From Protoeuglena noctilucae (taxonomy: Eukaryota), in contig OY253669.1 in assembly GCA_958009085.1 (NCBI GenBank), positions 930,001-994,000 on the forward strand: DNA of 64,000 bases. Reading direction: 5' to 3'. Shown here in pieces: positions 62,201-64,000 of this stretch (position 1 is the first letter of the stretch; the number at the start of each line of letters is the position of its first letter). The translations under genes and the position numbers were made by a program. The notes under the pieces are model-generated. The model had not been told where the DNA came from. It saw only the letters and a program-made list of their open reading frames with translations, and ran no database searches.

Positions 62201-63797
62201 GCCTTGCCTGAGGCCTGCTGAGACCCACCAGCGGCCGACGAGCTGCGCACGCCATGTGCACATCATAGGACTATGCGCGTTGTAACATCTGCAAATAATG
62301 CATTTGATACAGCTCTCATAGCGTTCTCACTCCGTCTCGCAGGCGTACGGCTATGGGGCGAGCCAGGCCCAGGCCCCCAGCTCTCCCTACGCTGCGGCCG
62401 CGCCAGCACAGCTCCAGAGGTGACGACCGGGAATGCCGATGCTCACATGGCGCACGCATGCTAGCGTTTGTCTTGCACCCAGCGCAGCCGCGCACCGCAC
62501 TGCGCGTTGCGTCTCTCTCCCACCGCAGCACAGCTGTACGATGCCCTCGTCAGTGTTATGCCTTATCGACAGCTGCTCGCTGATCCCCGCAGCGTGCCGT
62601 CGATGGCTGGCCGCAACTTCAGCCCGTCGGCTTCGGTGAACGCGGCCCAGGGCCCGGCTGTGCCTTCCGCCCAGGCTCCCGCCGCTGCCCCGACCTCCTT
62701 CTCCCGCCACGTGTACAACACGGGCGGCAACTACAACGCGGGCCGCGCGGGGGGCCAGCCGGCACCTGGGGCCCAGGCTGTGCCTGCTTCAGGGGGCTAC
62801 GCTATGCAGGGTCGGCCGCAGCAGCAGCCGCAGCTGCAGCAGCAGCCCTCTATGGGCGGATGGGGCGGTGCGGGAGGCATCGGGGCGACGCAGGTGCAGC
62901 CCACGGAGCCGAGTGGTGCCATGGGTGGGTGGGGCGCCAACGCGCCAGCGATGGCGACGCCGGCCATGCCCGCGGCAGTGCCCCAGGCGCCCTCGATGAT
63001 GGTACCGGGGCAGGGCATGGCCCCTCCGCAGCCGTCGCAGAGCCCCCAAGGCCCTCCGCCCAACCTCGCGCTCAGGTGAGCCTCACATATGCTGTGGTGA
63101 TAGAGACGACTGGTCTCGGCCTCAGTCATGGGGTCTGGGTCGCGTGTGTACGTCCGCCCCGCATCTCAAATGTGCCGCGGACGCGCTCTGCACCCGCCAC
63201 TCCACCGCCGCCACCCGCAAGCGCACGTGCGGTTGGGTGCACGCTGACACGCATTCCCCGCCACTTCTCTCTGCAGCTCGTTTGATGAGAAGGCTCTTCA
63301 TAACCCCAAGTTCATGGACTTCCTTCGTCCGTTCAAGCGGCTGCTCGAGATGTGCCGCCACAGCGCCACCGTGCAGGGCATGCCAGCGGCGAGGCACAAG
63401 GAGCTTGACGACATCGACAGGTGATTAGTTGCCGTCACGAGAAGTGCACCAGGGTAATGTGGGAATGCGCAACCTGCAGATGGCTGCAAGACTGGCGTTG
63501 GGAACGCGTGAAATTCGCCTGGCACGGGCCCATCCGTCAGTGGGCTCATGCGTCGCCCTCACTGTGCCCACTGTCACCCCTGGTCGCAGGAAGCTGGGGC
63601 AGCAGCTGGTGTGGCAGCTCATGCAGGGGTCGATGCGCCCTGAGATCCAGCAACTCCTATTCGTCCTGGGCTATGCCGTCGAGCGGCAGGAAACGGAGAG
63701 GGTGACGCACTTCGTCACGTCCCTCGTCAAGGGATACTTCGACGAGTGCCCGTGGATCCCGTCGCTCAAGCGCCTCTTTAAGCTCTCCGGGCTCTGA
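59218..63797 (+). CDS. SEC31: COPII outer coat protein SEC31, multi-exon
   Basis: MHLKTVDRSA...ACGTLAGAV, KHTGPVKGLDLNPFQ.NL.ASA, WNYKVQHILA, WHPSVATQLIVAS, APRWLERP.AATFGFGGRL, WRETLALLCTYA, Gly/Gln/Pro-rich linker, C-terminal helical domain ending WIPSLKRL. Confidence 0.97.
61878..62125 (+). repeat. Coding tandem repeat, 21/24-nt units encoding GGYGGQQ(Q) (about 10 copies) in the SEC31 linker
   Basis: Translation [76 protein letters not shown], with synonymous variation between units. Confidence 0.92.
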
Positions 63798-64000
63798 GGA
63801 TGCACGCATGGCAGGGCCTCACGGAGCTGTCGCTCCCGTGGCGTGCTGTTTTCACACAGCAAGGGTCGTTAAGGGCTTCCGTGGGGTATCGTTCGCTGGG
63901 TCTTTTGTTAGTTGTGAACTTTCAGAGAATATTACTTACAGCCATGGTCTTCAACGGTGGCAGCTCTGACGTCAAGAACACATGCACATCGGCGCAAGCA

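Noticed and set aside
10721..63797. Apparent clustering of membrane-traffic genes (FREE1-like, myosin XI, ALIX, SEC31) and of SMN with a DDX20-like fragment
   Set aside because: The genes are interspersed with unrelated housekeeping genes over tens of kb; no evidence of a functional cluster
429..63919. TGAAC downstream of several stops (429-433 minus, 10665, 18174 minus, 18263, 51681 minus, 63915) as a candidate poly(A) signal
   Set aside because: Present after only about 6 of more than 20 genes, close to chance; the chlorophyte TGTAA signal is also not consistently present, so no call can be made without 3'-end data
1..64000. Alternative nuclear genetic code (TAA/TAG = Gln, as in some ulvophytes)
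   Set aside because: Prefoldin 2, presenilin, catalase and MRPL47 end at TAG and Lhca2 at TAA at the expected C-termini, and conserved exons have no internal TAR codons

Overview
Gene-dense, GC-rich, intron-rich eukaryotic nuclear DNA, most likely from a green alga (nuclear PsbW and algal-type Lhca2 with transit peptides, myosin XI, plant-type catalase; the axonemal-family gene SPATA4 suggests a flagellated stage). About 24 protein genes can be reconstructed by hand-splicing: ELP3 3' end, PsbW, prefoldin 2, an F-box/WD40 protein, presenilin, catalase, a PH-like/PH/WW protein, NOP15/NIFK, MRPL47, Lhca2, SPATA4, a pseudokinase, RPL15, myosin XI, a LAP1/LULL1-like membrane protein, WDR27, ALIX/BRO1, SMN, an SDT1-like HAD nucleotidase, a low-complexity protein, an EF-hand protein, an ankyrin protein and SEC31. 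There is also a truncated DDX20-like helicase relic. No RNA genes, CRISPR arrays or clear transposons were seen. Main observations: (1) about 12 GC-AG introns, several forced by highly conserved protein sequence; (2) a candidate bicistronic unit, a 96-aa ORF ending 26 nt before the presenilin ATG; (3) a torsin-activator-like (LAP1/LULL1) pseudo-AAA+ membrane protein in an alga; (4) a pseudokinase with an in-frame TAG followed by 152 more coding-like codons; (5) an SMN with a tyrosine-less YG-box; (6) a FREE1-type domain fused to PH and WW domains. All family calls come from recalled motifs, not database searches, and exon boundaries were placed by eye.
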